From positions 69,697 through 133,696 of IMG/VR virus record IMGVR_UViG_3300037423_000411: 64,000 nt of DNA; one strand, given 5' to 3'. This document shows, piece after piece, positions 36,901 to 44,995 of this stretch. The DNA comes from a virus. A program made the position numbers and the translations under genes. Every line of letters begins with the position of its first letter. The stretch's first letter is position 1. The notes beneath the pieces were generated by a model. That model saw only the letters and a program-made list of their open reading frames with translations, made no database searches and was not told the origin of the DNA.

Positions 36901-37417
36901 TTGCTTCCTTAGCTGTCCTCTGCTGCGTGCTGGCAAGGTTGGATTCGGCCTTCGCAAGGTCCTCGGCGGCCTTCTGAGCCAGCTTCGAGGCTCTGGCCTG
37001 GTCCTCTCTCGCCTTGGTCAAAGCACGCGCAGAACCGCCTGCACGGCTCTCTAGCGCGTAAGCGTCATTGAGGTTCTTCTTGTAGTCCTTCAACGACTGC
37101 ACAACAGACGAGAAAGACTTCGCGTACTTCGACTGATCAGCCGTACGCGACCGGGTTATGCGAGCTGCCTGCTCGTCTACTTGCGCAGCCTGCCGAGCAG
37201 AGCGCACGTACTCGTTCGCGGTCTTGACCATCCGCTCACGCGTGGCCTGCCGCTTGTTGTCGGCGGCATCAGCCTTGGCAGAACCGGCCGCCGACGAATC
37301 GTTGAGTTTGTTCTCCTCGCGACGGAGGTCTTCCATCTCCTCACGAGCACGGCGCACATCACGGGAAAGACCGAGAAAGTCGGCAACAGCTTTATACCGA
37401 ACGACTCTCTCGGCCAT
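30962..37417 (-). CDS. Tape measure protein with peptidase-like and lytic transglycosylase domains
   Basis: 2151 aa, Ala-rich coiled coil, TM segments; ITQGSY...HAGGGVLD...WHR...HVH; IINKESSWNPTAQN..SSAYGLFQFL..Y...YG; repeated DTVPAMLTPGEFVL. Confidence 0.92.
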   Translation of the reverse strand: MAERVVRYKAVADFLGLSRDVRRAREEMEDLRREENKLNDSSAAGSAKADAADNKRQATRERMVKTANEYVRSARQAAQVDEQAARITRSRTADQSKYAKSFSSVVQSLKDYKKNLNDAYALESRAGGSARALTKAREDQARASKLAQKAAEDLAKAESNLASTQQRTAKEATAASQARERAANAAERAALNLVKAEERLNNIPAGNTESRRKAELSLSDARISSARAVDRLESAERRLLSARKGHDDDRIRRAELAVASAMQASASAASELESATKRVNGVMDALQGAGSGIGGVLGKVSEGMAEMASSAATVAPIFLAIIAALPILASLLNALVGALVSVGAAAVALVSALSPLVGLLGALPGAIAGGVFTLGVLAAAFMGVSDAVKESLNAQKNAGKVAKDAAKAQKQAARQVRDALRALRNAKEAQAQGEINADRSVKSAIQSLADARQAAADGQEQAAHSVTMAERSLRDAQENSIQVQKDLTQARKDAIRNIQDLQQAVDDAARSEKHASLDLEEAKQRLAEVMADPNATRLQKQEAELAVEDAMAALKDVKKQSKQAQADYADAQKKGVENSDAVVQAKTQERNALEGVKDAQYALAQAVKEQAKQQVEAQRSITEAQTALADALKARSKEQRDAAEAVQQAQENLADAYDNQKEAALTTANATQKLTDAMAQLGPEGKAFVALLLKLKPIFDQIRLAAQKGLFPGLGQALSTFAQLAPIITPAVEKMGRAIGDAAKKVADVTKSPIFRGQLSRILESSAKIMGNVGRIVANLVQVFFNIADASRPFNEWLAKTAEGWTEQWKAMTSGKKNQKKLTDFFDEAKQTLEVVGKLLFNFAKGLLGIGKASKGVGKQFLDNLATTMQKFADWANSKEGQERIKKWFQDVAPAAQAIARSVASIVGSMLKVAADPGIQKFWDRFANEIIPALTGAFEHAGSTGLGTILDLLVGIGAWLDSYFTQFTAFVDNVAYFVSLLPGIGGTDDAHKKLADFLALVGGGAPSGLGLMNSALETLKALIQWFSGDDSSSKGGGGGSWGDTSPLKTFGSTIDWLSKKLQQFLDWVLKNWPALLLTLINPFAGAILWMTGNWSRFSKKATDVLQQVLDYVKSHWSQLLGLLSAPLTGALAVWNTLGPQIKHFFQDLWDTVKLGANDFVDGLTRAIDRIRGVFADPISFVINTVLNAGLIDGFNSLISKVTGNDKLNIPHIPAPAFATGGVYPGYTPGRDIGYIGVSGGEAIMRPEWTRAVGKNEVDRMNAAARRGGKKGVQRYLGGFANGGVTEGGGGDFSPTTFRGKRMNYRTIKMLLAAEKLYGGQFSITQGSYSTAVAASGGTHAGGGVLDLGWTGSNTQVADLRRVGFAAWHRNPSQGPWADHVHIVALGDPTESEQAKKQVAAYLAGGNGLGGKDDGPRVAIDTNLANELGITAADIAAAQKGGGGFLSDLVGWVKDAIGNPLGYLKDKIAAPVQDMFAKFGNGVLTQVLSKVPEMAFSAMTDVIKGQVGNFLGDIFGNDGSTGGSKELHSLVQQHAAKYGWDTGQNWSALQWIINKESSWNPTAQNPNSSAYGLFQFLDSTWGAFGGHKTSDPGAQTDMGLAYIKQRYGNPAAAQSFHEMHGWYASGGVVPQAFAAGGHVMGVGNRDTVPAMLTPGEFVLRKDVVKSIGLRKLQALNNKKAGKLKPTDNGIQAFHAGGPVLGIHKGMTGTTVRALRYLLNMPTGAAATYGLWDSGFDKVIRQPGAWKKLSNTWTLPNRDPRYAKLANFLRTGAVKSYVAARDYLHVNDATMMKVWEGMRASTTKTMPAARWSALDKGYRQKRGELYSYVGVLNKALGLGLQGEVWNGNSRAAMKHVLEHVYGTPHDPLEYRPWLGGFTPVETAAQNAIAANKKLNEFNGYLEILSTWGLTDLVKDLLDKGVDEGYNIAQSASQNKTVATILNGQIKQANLLTAEDQANLLTMISTLAGSAAAMGLRDVARALGLSDLDTVLLFEKATSLGRLKSIPSSKQTKLKADIASFRAGTFYAATGGQVPGHGSGDTVPAMLTPGEFVLRKAAVQALGLDTVQWLNNPQKFAAGGLVNQFSLAGTPQVRIPNASGALRTGSAGASINAGVVNQWDIDIHNPVAESSTKSLTKVLQRQSVISGANATKEA

Positions 37418-37439
37418 CGTGGTCTCCCCGTTGTTTCAG

Positions 37440-38464
37440 TTACTCAGACGGTGGAATCTCTCGGAATCCCCGGTGAAGTCGTTCGAAAGACCCGACCTTG
37501 TTGCGATCTGCCGCAACCTGCGAGCCTTCTTCCACGAACACCTCTGGATCGGCTTCGGGCAACGGGCCACTGGAAAACTCGGCCCGATCCTCATCGCTTA
37601 CGAGCTTGATCTTGCTCACCTCCGCTACTAGCGGGTTCTTCTTGCCCTTCGATGTAGGCACCGTGTTGGCAATGAACCCTGCGAGCACCTTTGTCTGCCA
37701 CTCAGTCGTCGCCTGACGTTCGAGACGCCTGACGCGCTGACGTTCCTTGATTGACTCCAGAATCTGGATGACTCGACGGACGGTCCTGTCCAGGATGTAT
37801 TCGTCGGTCCAGTGATATTCCGAGGCGATGATGTCGATGGCGCGGGAGATTCCTCCCGTCAGGCCGCCTTGTTGTTCTGGCGGTTCAGAATGCCCATCTT
37901 CGTCACGGTCGACATCATGGACCTCAGACGGTTTCCCAGGCGTCGCAGGTCGTCCGCCTCGTGCTCAACGAGCGCCTGAAAGATGAGGACGATGTCCTCA
38001 AGCTCAGGGTTGTTGAGGTACTCGTCGGTCTCGGTCTGGATCTTGTCGTCAATCTCGGGGTTGGTGGTCAGCACCGGGGAGACGATCGTCTTGACGAACT
38101 CGATCGTCTCTTCCTCCGACTCAGGGAACGAGAGCAGGAGAAGCATCATCAGCTGACGCGCGAACTCTTCGGGATCACGCGCATTCAAACCGCCAGCCTG
38201 CAGGTAGCTCGAAGCGCTACGCGTCAGAATGCGGAGTAGGGCAAGGAACTGCCGCAGCCGCAGAGGGTTGACGGTGAACTCAGTACCGTTCAGGAACTTC
38301 AGCTTCTCGGGAAGCGGGTCCAGACGGTCGATCTCATCATGCGACTGCACCGTCAGCTTGTCTTCAGGAGCAATCTCCAGCGCATCCACCGACTCTTCGG
38401 AGATGGGGAGTTCGTCCTGTACAGCTGACGGTGCAACCGGAACTTCTGCAACCTCGGCGGTCAT
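37440..38464 (-). CDS. Tail assembly chaperone, long -1 frameshifted form (gpGT-like)
   Basis: In-frame G GGA AAC heptamer at 37931-37937; the -1 frame stays open (GKPSEVHD...AIDIIASEYHWTDEYILD...) to the stop at 37440. Confidence 0.8.
37859..38464 (-). CDS. Tail assembly chaperone, short form (gpG-like)
   Basis: Lies between tail tube and tape measure; AAGGAG SD. Confidence 0.8.
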   Translation of the reverse strand: MTAEVAEVPVAPSAVQDELPISEESVDALEIAPEDKLTVQSHDEIDRLDPLPEKLKFLNGTEFTVNPLRLRQFLALLRILTRSASSYLQAGGLNARDPEEFARQLMMLLLLSFPESEEETIEFVKTIVSPVLTTNPEIDDKIQTETDEYLNNPELEDIVLIFQALVEHEADDLRRLGNRLRSMMSTVTKMGILNRQNNKAA

Positions 38465-38496
38465 GCCGCTCCTTCAAGGTCTAGGGGGTTGATTGG

Positions 38497-39054
38497 TTAC
38501 GGCACCTTCGGACGGCTGATCAGTCGACCAATGGCGTTCTCAGTCAACGCAGCGCCAGTCTCGTCCACCGACGACATCAGTGCCTTGCCCGCGTAGTTCA
38601 GAACCAGACCGTCCTTGTACGAAGGACCGTCGAAGCTGATCGGCTCGAACTGCACCTTGTACAGAACGATGTCCAGCGTCCGCACAGCGCCTGCGCTGTC
38701 CTTCGACGGGATGCGGATCAGAACCGGACGCGTCGGCGTGTTCAGCGAACCGACGTTCCACAGCGGGAGGTTGTAGTAGTCGTTGGGCGAAGTACCCGAA
38801 GACGTCAGCGTGGAACCGGACAGAGTCGCCACCACAGAGAACGGCACATATCCCGACTGCACGGTCAGAGTGGCGAAGTTGAACCACGCCCAGGTGCTCA
38901 GGATCGTGTCGTCACCAGTGTTGTCGAAGCTGTCGGTGTCCAGGTCCAGCGACGCTTCACGTACACCGTAAATGTCAGCGATCTCAGCGCCCGTCGATCC
39001 ATTGAGGATCGCGCAGTGAGAGACGCTGAAGCCCTCGACGATCGTCGTGCTCAT
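38497..39054 (-). CDS. Major tail (tube) protein
   Basis: Synteny (upstream of chaperones and TMP); beta-rich 185 aa. Confidence 0.75.
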   Translation of the reverse strand: MSTTIVEGFSVSHCAILNGSTGAEIADIYGVREASLDLDTDSFDNTGDDTILSTWAWFNFATLTVQSGYVPFSVVATLSGSTLTSSGTSPNDYYNLPLWNVGSLNTPTRPVLIRIPSKDSAGAVRTLDIVLYKVQFEPISFDGPSYKDGLVLNYAGKALMSSVDETGAALTENAIGRLISRPKVP

Positions 39055-39133
39055 GCAGAGCCGCCCTTTCTATCTGCCATTCAGCACGCGACAAACGCCA
39101 CGGCTTCTCTTACTGAACAGAAGATCGGCAAGC

Positions 39134-39358
39134 TCAGCGCTCCACCACGGATTCGACCAACTCACCGAGCACGTTAAAACGGTGAAGAACACGCACCACG
39201 GAGCCGTCGAACTGGCGTGCGTTCGTCGCGCAGTCCCGGCAGGCCAGCTCAAGGAGGTTGTCGGAGTTGACCACAGGCTTGTCTCCGTCACGCAGCGACT
39301 TCCCGAGCAGGCGCTTTGCGCCGACCGGGCAACGAAGCTCAACAGCGGTCATGGTCAC
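39134..39358 (-). CDS. Small Zn-binding hypothetical protein
   Basis: ELRCP...LELACRDC...VLHRF; GCCGATTC element 7 nt upstream. Confidence 0.65.
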   Translation of the reverse strand: MTMTAVELRCPVGAKRLLGKSLRDGDKPVVNSDNLLELACRDCATNARQFDGSVVRVLHRFNVLGELVESVVER

Positions 39359-39457
39359 GACAAGAGAATCGGCCCTAGCTCACCTCTACGGAGCTAGGGC
39401 CGATGAGTGCAACGAGACAGCTTTGAAAAGTTGCGAGACGTCAATGGTCGCACTGGT

Positions 39458-40534
39458 TTACAAGTGTAGCTGAGCCTTCAGCCGGTCAATGACCTTCGCC
39501 CAGTCCAGCATCGACGGGATGATGTGGCTCGCCTTCTCGCCCTTCAATCTAGCTTCGTCGCGGTGGTTGTAGACGTGCCACATGAGATCTGCCAGATGGT
39601 TCACGTCAGCGCGTGCCGACTTGATCCCTGGCGCATGCTCGCCCCACTCGAAGTTCAGCGGGTAGGCCCAGTCCTTGCTCAGCCACTCGGCATGACCACC
39701 GACGTCCGTAGCGATGACAGGCATACCGGTGGTCTGTGCTTGCAGAGCAGGGAGGTTCTTGCCCTCGCCCCAGGACGGCGCCAGCAAGCAGTGACAGGCG
39801 AGATAGAACTCCTTCAACTGCTTCTCGGACCAGGTCACGTAGTGGATTTTGATGCCGGGATAGGCGTCCTCCATCGCCGGGTGCAGGACGCGGACATTGG
39901 TCTTGAGGTGCAACTCGGCGTCGAAGTCGTCACCGTAATCGGCCTTGAGTTTGTTGAACGCCTCGATGGCGGCGAACGGGTTCTTCCGATCGTGCAGTGC
40001 ACCATGCATGCAGAACCTGAAGGTTCCCGACCAGTCGCGATCACGCGGGTCTGCCAGCCACGGGTCCGACCAGTAACCGCCCTGCAGCTTGATCACTTCA
40101 GTGGTGTCAGGCGTGACGTATGGCAGCAGTGCTTCACGCGAGATCTCGTCGTAGATACCGAGAACGTCATACGTGGCAAGCCGCTCCTTCAGGTTCCTGA
40201 AGTAGTCAGGAGGCCCGAACGGCTCGTTGAAGTGGTCCGGCATCTTCCGGAACTCCCACATGCTCCAGGCCATCGTCTTGTGACCCGCTCGACGCTCACC
40301 ATCAGACAGACCCAGAGAGGCAGGATCTGCGTGATTCAGCACCAAGTCGTACATCGGCTCGATCGGACGCGTCAACAGAGCTGCGACAGGAGCAGGTAGC
40401 GGGGGTTCAACAACAGTCGGAGACAACGTGACGTCGAAACCCGCGTTGCCTAGGGCAACCGCAAGACCGAGACCATCCATCCCGTAGCCGGTGAACGGCG
40501 TCAGTGCGGTTTTCAGTAACACTCGATAGCTCAT
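39458..40534 (-). CDS. GT-B (GT4-like) glycosyltransferase
   Basis: TGYG, WE, RKN, LAPSWGEGKNLPALQA..GMPVIATDVGG.AEW. Confidence 0.85.
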   Translation of the reverse strand: MSYRVLLKTALTPFTGYGMDGLGLAVALGNAGFDVTLSPTVVEPPLPAPVAALLTRPIEPMYDLVLNHADPASLGLSDGERRAGHKTMAWSMWEFRKMPDHFNEPFGPPDYFRNLKERLATYDVLGIYDEISREALLPYVTPDTTEVIKLQGGYWSDPWLADPRDRDWSGTFRFCMHGALHDRKNPFAAIEAFNKLKADYGDDFDAELHLKTNVRVLHPAMEDAYPGIKIHYVTWSEKQLKEFYLACHCLLAPSWGEGKNLPALQAQTTGMPVIATDVGGHAEWLSKDWAYPLNFEWGEHAPGIKSARADVNHLADLMWHVYNHRDEARLKGEKASHIIPSMLDWAKVIDRLKAQLHL

Positions 40535-40552
40535 GCTCTACGTACGGACCTC

Positions 40553-41089
40553 TCAGTCAGGGAGGATGACGTCGAACCTCTGCGTACCGCGAACCACATA
40601 GTCGGAACCCGGCACATCGGTCAGATCCAGATCCCCGTTGGCAACCGACGACACAACGGACAGATCTAGCGGCCAGTCGTGATCTGCGTTCGCCGCGTCG
40701 TGGAAAGTCTTGCGTACAACTCTCGCTACGGCCTTCGCCTTCAGCTCCGCATCTTCGGCCGCGCGAGAAACCGTACCGTCGAACCGAGTCGCGTCGGCAT
40801 AGGTCAGAACCGTCAGAATCGGAAGCCTTGCCGTGTTGTGAGGGTTCGAACCCCACGAGTTACGGGAGAGCAACACACAGGCAACCTTGCCGGTGTTCGT
40901 CACGTCACGTGACGGTGCTCCGTCATGGTCCATGCCTGAGAACACCCATCCGGAGTAGAACGGGTCAGTGGGGTTGGCGTCTGCGCCGATGATCGAACCC
41001 ACCAGACCAGCGTCTATCAGCGCTGTCAGAAGCTTTTGCCGGGCGCTGCTGACCAGGTCTCCTACGAAGAGATTGGGATCAATGCTCAC
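40553..41089 (-). CDS. Tail terminator-like protein
   Basis: Synteny in the head-tail block; GTGA overlap. Confidence 0.55.
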   Translation of the reverse strand: MSIDPNLFVGDLVSSARQKLLTALIDAGLVGSIIGADANPTDPFYSGWVFSGMDHDGAPSRDVTNTGKVACVLLSRNSWGSNPHNTARLPILTVLTYADATRFDGTVSRAAEDAELKAKAVARVVRKTFHDAANADHDWPLDLSVVSSVANGDLDLTDVPGSDYVVRGTQRFDVILPD

Positions 41090-41490
41090 AGCAACCCCTC
41101 AAAGTGCATGTCGATGGCGTGCACCCACGCGTCATCGAAACCTGGCAGTGCGGCGAAGAAGTCGTGGTCACCGCCACGGGCCATTTCGTAGATCGCGTAA
41201 TCCACCGGGTCGTTCGGCGGACCAGGAGCAGGAGCGCGATACAGAGGCCCTCCGTAGCTGATTTCACCTTCCCAGACCCAGGCATCCGAGGTATCCGACG
41301 AAGTGCGCCCAGACGCCTTCAGAGAGCCTGTGATGATGTGTGTAGCAGCCTGCGTCTCCAGGAAGGCAGCTTGCAGGACAGCCTCCAGAGCATTCACCAC
41401 CTTGAACCCAGGTGGTCCTCCGAGACGCTTCAGCTCCTTGATCGCTTCGTCAAGGCTGGTACCGGACGAGAAAACAACGCGACGACTCAC
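41086..41490 (-). CDS. HK97 gp10-like tail completion protein
   Basis: TGSLKASG...YAIYE...HDFF motifs. Confidence 0.65.
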   Translation of the reverse strand: MSRRVVFSSGTSLDEAIKELKRLGGPPGFKVVNALEAVLQAAFLETQAATHIITGSLKASGRTSSDTSDAWVWEGEISYGGPLYRAPAPGPPNDPVDYAIYEMARGGDHDFFAALPGFDDAWVHAIDMHFEGLL

Positions 41491-41921
41491 GCTGCTCTCC
41501 GCTCAGCGTAACGCTTCCGCTCACGCGCGTTCTTACAGATACGGCAGTTACGGCGTCCACGCTTGTCGTAGATCGTGTTCTCAGGCGTGTACTTGTGACC
41601 GTGTACGCACTCAGTCTGAGCAAGCTGACGAGCCGCAGGCGTATCTGAGCGAAGAGTGTTCTCCCGGCGTGAGGCTGGACGAACGTGTGCAGGGTTACAA
41701 CAAGAAGGACCAATGCAACCATCTTGCGGGTGCTTGTAGTGGTCCAACACCAAGCCTTCCGGAATCGGACCCACATAGTGCTCGTAGCTCATCCTGTGAG
41801 CTTCTCTCAACACTCCATTCCACTTGCACCGGCCATATCCGGTGTCGCGGCGAGAGCCTTGCCATTCCCAGCAACCGTTAGGCAGGACTTCGTAGCGAGT
41901 CTCGAACCAATCGGGAAGCAC
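41487..41921 (-). CDS. HNH homing endonuclease
   Basis: GCWEWQG..GYG...AHRMSYE, LDH...CCNPAHV...ENTLR, CVHGH...CRIC. Confidence 0.85.
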   Translation of the reverse strand: MLPDWFETRYEVLPNGCWEWQGSRRDTGYGRCKWNGVLREAHRMSYEHYVGPIPEGLVLDHYKHPQDGCIGPSCCNPAHVRPASRRENTLRSDTPAARQLAQTECVHGHKYTPENTIYDKRGRRNCRICKNARERKRYAERRAA

Positions 41922-42298
41922 TACACACCTCCTGTTGCGACGGGACGGCCAACTTCCTTTACACCGATCTCCAAGTGGTGGTAATCCCCCGGCCGCCAGA
42001 CTTGGTCTACGGCTCCCTCAATCTGAAAGGTCCCGGCAGGTCCCTTCGTCATGACGAGCTGATCCCCTGACCGAACATCGACGTTCGGCATGCCAAACCA
42101 CACACCGGTGCGGTCTGCGGGACGTCCCGCTTCCGGAACCCACATCGGGTCCTTGCCCTGCCGGATGAAGTTCAGATCGAGGAAGCAGGCAACACCCGCT
42201 TCCACAGTCACCCACTGGAAGGTGGAGTAGCCGTTGGTCGTCCCTTCGACCAGACGTCGAATCGTGCAGCGTTGCTTGAGCATCGTGCGGTAGCTCAT
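41921..42298 (-). CDS. Head-to-tail stopper (head closure)-like protein
   Basis: Start trimmed to MSYRTML; ...DVRSGDQL...FQIEG...HHLEI pattern; synteny. Confidence 0.65.
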   Translation of the reverse strand: MSYRTMLKQRCTIRRLVEGTTNGYSTFQWVTVEAGVACFLDLNFIRQGKDPMWVPEAGRPADRTGVWFGMPNVDVRSGDQLVMTKGPAGTFQIEGAVDQVWRPGDYHHLEIGVKEVGRPVATGGV

Positions 42299-42302
42299 AA
42301 GC

Positions 42303-42776
42303 TCACCACCCGTAGACGTCAGGACGCTGCCGCTGGTACTGCTCGGCCAAGGACGGCTCACAGTACGGCTCCGTGAACACGTGCTCTGAAGACACCGACA
42401 TCGCGCCGGTGTTGGCCGCTCCCGTGAGCAGGCTGAGAGCAATGTCGAACCACTCGACACCAGTCCGCAGGCCAGCCTGAATCGCTGACAGCATCTTGGA
42501 GTACGTGTAAGAGCCGATGGTCTCGCTGCTGTACGGCGAGTAGATCTCGGCCTGGTTCTCTCGCGTGATGAGAATCTTGTACGCCATGTCCATCAGACCC
42601 CACTTCAGAATGCGCAACGCGTACTCGTCAGTGGGGTCATCGGTGATTCCGGCAGCCACGTAGAAAAGATCTGCTGCCTGCTGGAACGCAACAAACTTGG
42701 CGTCGTCCGAGAAGATGTCCGACGCGCCCTGAGTGAACTGATCCAATTCCTCGGGGTCAGGCAACGTGAGCGCCAT
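42303..42776 (-). CDS. Head-to-tail adaptor
   Basis: SETIGSYTYS motif; synteny; AAGGAG SD. Confidence 0.7.
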   Translation of the reverse strand: MALTLPDPEELDQFTQGASDIFSDDAKFVAFQQAADLFYVAAGITDDPTDEYALRILKWGLMDMAYKILITRENQAEIYSPYSSETIGSYTYSKMLSAIQAGLRTGVEWFDIALSLLTGAANTGAMSVSSEHVFTEPYCEPSLAEQYQRQRPDVYGW

Positions 42777-42788
42777 TCGGACTCCTTG

Positions 42789-43415
42789 TCAGCTGTAGGC
42801 GACGGGGCTCCGCTTCTGCGGAGTCGTAGAGCCTGCCGGTGCTGCGGTGCGCGACAACCTCTTGTTCAGAATCGACTCAAGCTCAGCGCGCTCCTCCTCC
42901 GACAACTCCGGATTGCTCAACAGAGACTCGAAGCTCTGACCCGTCCAATGACCCGGGCGGAACTTTCGCTCACCCCACATGGCGATCTGTTCGTCCTCGG
43001 TGAGCTGCAGGAAGCTCTTGCCGCGCTTGTGATCGAACAGCTCGTCCCACTCACGCGTACCAGGCTTGATGGTCAGCTCCTGACCTCGCACCCAGATGCG
43101 GCCAAGCATGGTCACGTCGTCGGAGACGAAGTTGACGGTGATCGCATCGTCGTCCTCAGGCGACACCTCGGTCAGCTCGTCCAACTTGACCTGCTCAGCA
43201 GCAGTCTCCTTGTGATTCACCAGCGCAGTTTCAGCGGCCTGCGCCTTCGCGTTGGCCTCTTCGAGCTGCGCCTTCAGAGCTGCGATCTCGTCTGCCGCCT
43301 CAGCGCGCATGCGCTCCTCGGTCTCCGCAACGATCTCGGCGGTCTTGCGCGGACCACGCTTGGCCGTGGCATCCTTCTCCGGTTCCGGAGAATCCATCGT
43401 GTTCTCAGGACTCAA
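42789..43415 (-). CDS. Hypothetical head-associated protein
   Basis: Coiled-coil N-half; start trimmed to TTG after GAGAGGAG. Confidence 0.65.
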   Translation of the reverse strand: MSPENTMDSPEPEKDATAKRGPRKTAEIVAETEERMRAEAADEIAALKAQLEEANAKAQAAETALVNHKETAAEQVKLDELTEVSPEDDDAITVNFVSDDVTMLGRIWVRGQELTIKPGTREWDELFDHKRGKSFLQLTEDEQIAMWGERKFRPGHWTGQSFESLLSNPELSEEERAELESILNKRLSRTAAPAGSTTPQKRSPVAYS

Positions 43416-43517
43416 CGCCCTCTCCTCTCGTAGCGCAACGTAGAAGCTGCACACCCCCGATCTGGCTGCAGCTTCTACGTCACAGTAGTACGTACGGAGT
43501 TAGAAGGCGACGAATGA

Positions 43518-43802
43518 CTACTTCTCGTCGTCAGGAGTCGTCTCGTCAGTCTGCGTCTCGTCGGACGACGGCGCGCGATCCGTCTCAGCGCCACCGACGA
43601 TGTCTTCGGCCTTCAGATCACTCGGCGTACCGGTGTCGGTCGTGGTCTCGGTCGCGACGTCGTCAACGTCAGAGGCGTCAGTGATGGTGACAGCCTTCGC
43701 GGGCGGGTTGTTGACAGAAACCGGGTTCTTCCCGTCCACGCCTACCGGCGTCTCAAACTCGTTGCCGTACTTGTCAGTCGTCGTCACAGTCTCTTCGCTC
43801 AT
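43518..43802 (-). CDS. Acidic Thr-rich hypothetical protein
   Basis: AAGGAG SD before ATG 43802 (MSEETV). Confidence 0.65.
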   Translation of the reverse strand: MSEETVTTTDKYGNEFETPVGVDGKNPVSVNNPPAKAVTITDASDVDDVATETTTDTGTPSDLKAEDIVGGAETDRAPSSDETQTDETTPDDEK

Positions 43803-43860
43803 TGCTACTCCTTCTGTCGAGTCGCCGCTATGACGACCATAGTAAGAATCGGAAAAACAA

Positions 43861-43892
43861 CAAGCCCCCACCTTGTCGGAGATGGGGGCTTG
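43861..43892 (-). terminator. Intrinsic terminator after the major capsid gene
   Basis: CAAGCCCCCA/TGGGGGCTTG stem followed by TTGTTTTT on the minus strand. Confidence 0.75.
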
Positions 43893-43906
43893 AAGTACTC
43901 AGAGGC

Positions 43907-44917
43907 TTACGGGTTGACGTCAGCCACGTACACGAACTGCTCCGGGTAGCGGATGACGGGAAGGAAGTGATACTCCAGCAAAAACTGCCGAGCACTCGGG
44001 TCCTTCTCTTTCCAGGTCTTGCTGAACTTCCCGGTGAAGCCGTCCGGCGCCTCGTCGTCGGCGGTCGGACCCTCCATGATCTCCATCGGGCGGTTCTCAG
44101 TGAGGTTCGCCAGGAAGAGAGCGTCGTCCGGAACGAACATCGTCGGCACACCGGCGTCGGTGTCGTAGAACGACTCCACGATGTTCCAGTTCAGACCGAG
44201 GAAGCCCGGCAGCACACCGGAGGTGTAGTACTGGTCCTTCATCCGGTCCGACAGCAACGAAGCGGCCGGAACGTTGGTACCCGCGTTCCCCGCGAACGCC
44301 TGAAACACGTAGTCCAGGGTCAGCTCGGTCAGGAAGACATCACGAGCAGGCACCCGAGCGTCGCGAGCGATCAGACGCTTCCACGCCTTGATGTCACTCA
44401 CGATCTTGGCCGGGAGAGCCGTGCTCCAGCCACCGACCACGGTCGGCTTGTGCGAGGACGGGATCTTGTAGTCCACCGACGCCTGAACGTCCGGGTAGTC
44501 GAAGACCAGGGTGCCCGTCATCGCGCGCCAGGCGCACCACTCAACGAAGTTGTCGAAGCGCTGGTTGAGATCCTTCACCTCACGGAGGACCGCGCTCTCA
44601 GCGTTCTGCTTGTTGCTCAGCGAACCCGGCGCCTTCAGCCAGTGCAGGGTCGTCGGCTCGAAGACCTTCTTCTCACGAAGGTAGACGAAGGCCGCGCTCT
44701 CCTGCGACATGCCGAGGCGAGGCACGATGTGCGCCTCGGAGTTCGGCACGTTCGGCTTGGCGACCATGCGCGAACCCTTGATGACCTCCCACGTCACGGA
44801 CGGGTACGGCCACGGGGTCTTGGGCAGCTTGTTGGTGAGAACCATCGACTCCGGAGCCGTGAGCTTCTGCACCACGTCGCGGATGACGATCGGCTCCAAC
44901 AGCGGGATATCCGGCAT
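43907..44917 (-). CDS. Major capsid protein (lambda E-like)
   Basis: 336 aa after scaffold and decoration genes; EWCAWRAM.G, VDY.IP, FVPDD, KTW.E.DP, LPVI..P motifs. Confidence 0.85.
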   Translation of the reverse strand: MPDIPLLEPIVIRDVVQKLTAPESMVLTNKLPKTPWPYPSVTWEVIKGSRMVAKPNVPNSEAHIVPRLGMSQESAAFVYLREKKVFEPTTLHWLKAPGSLSNKQNAESAVLREVKDLNQRFDNFVEWCAWRAMTGTLVFDYPDVQASVDYKIPSSHKPTVVGGWSTALPAKIVSDIKAWKRLIARDARVPARDVFLTELTLDYVFQAFAGNAGTNVPAASLLSDRMKDQYYTSGVLPGFLGLNWNIVESFYDTDAGVPTMFVPDDALFLANLTENRPMEIMEGPTADDEAPDGFTGKFSKTWKEKDPSARQFLLEYHFLPVIRYPEQFVYVADVNP

Positions 44918-44995
44918 CTCGGAGGCGTCCTTCCTTCGTCCAATCTAAAGCCCAGACGCCACTAAGGCGGGCCGTTTCCTTTGTAATCGGCAGTG

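Noticed and set aside
41487-41921. HNH gene as part of a group I intron or intein
   Set aside because: Flanking genes look complete and overlap the HNH directly, leaving no room for intron core elements
43438-43480. 14-bp inverted repeat as a mobile-element end
   Set aside because: Isolated intergenic hairpin with no transposase or target duplication; more likely a terminator or mRNA stability element
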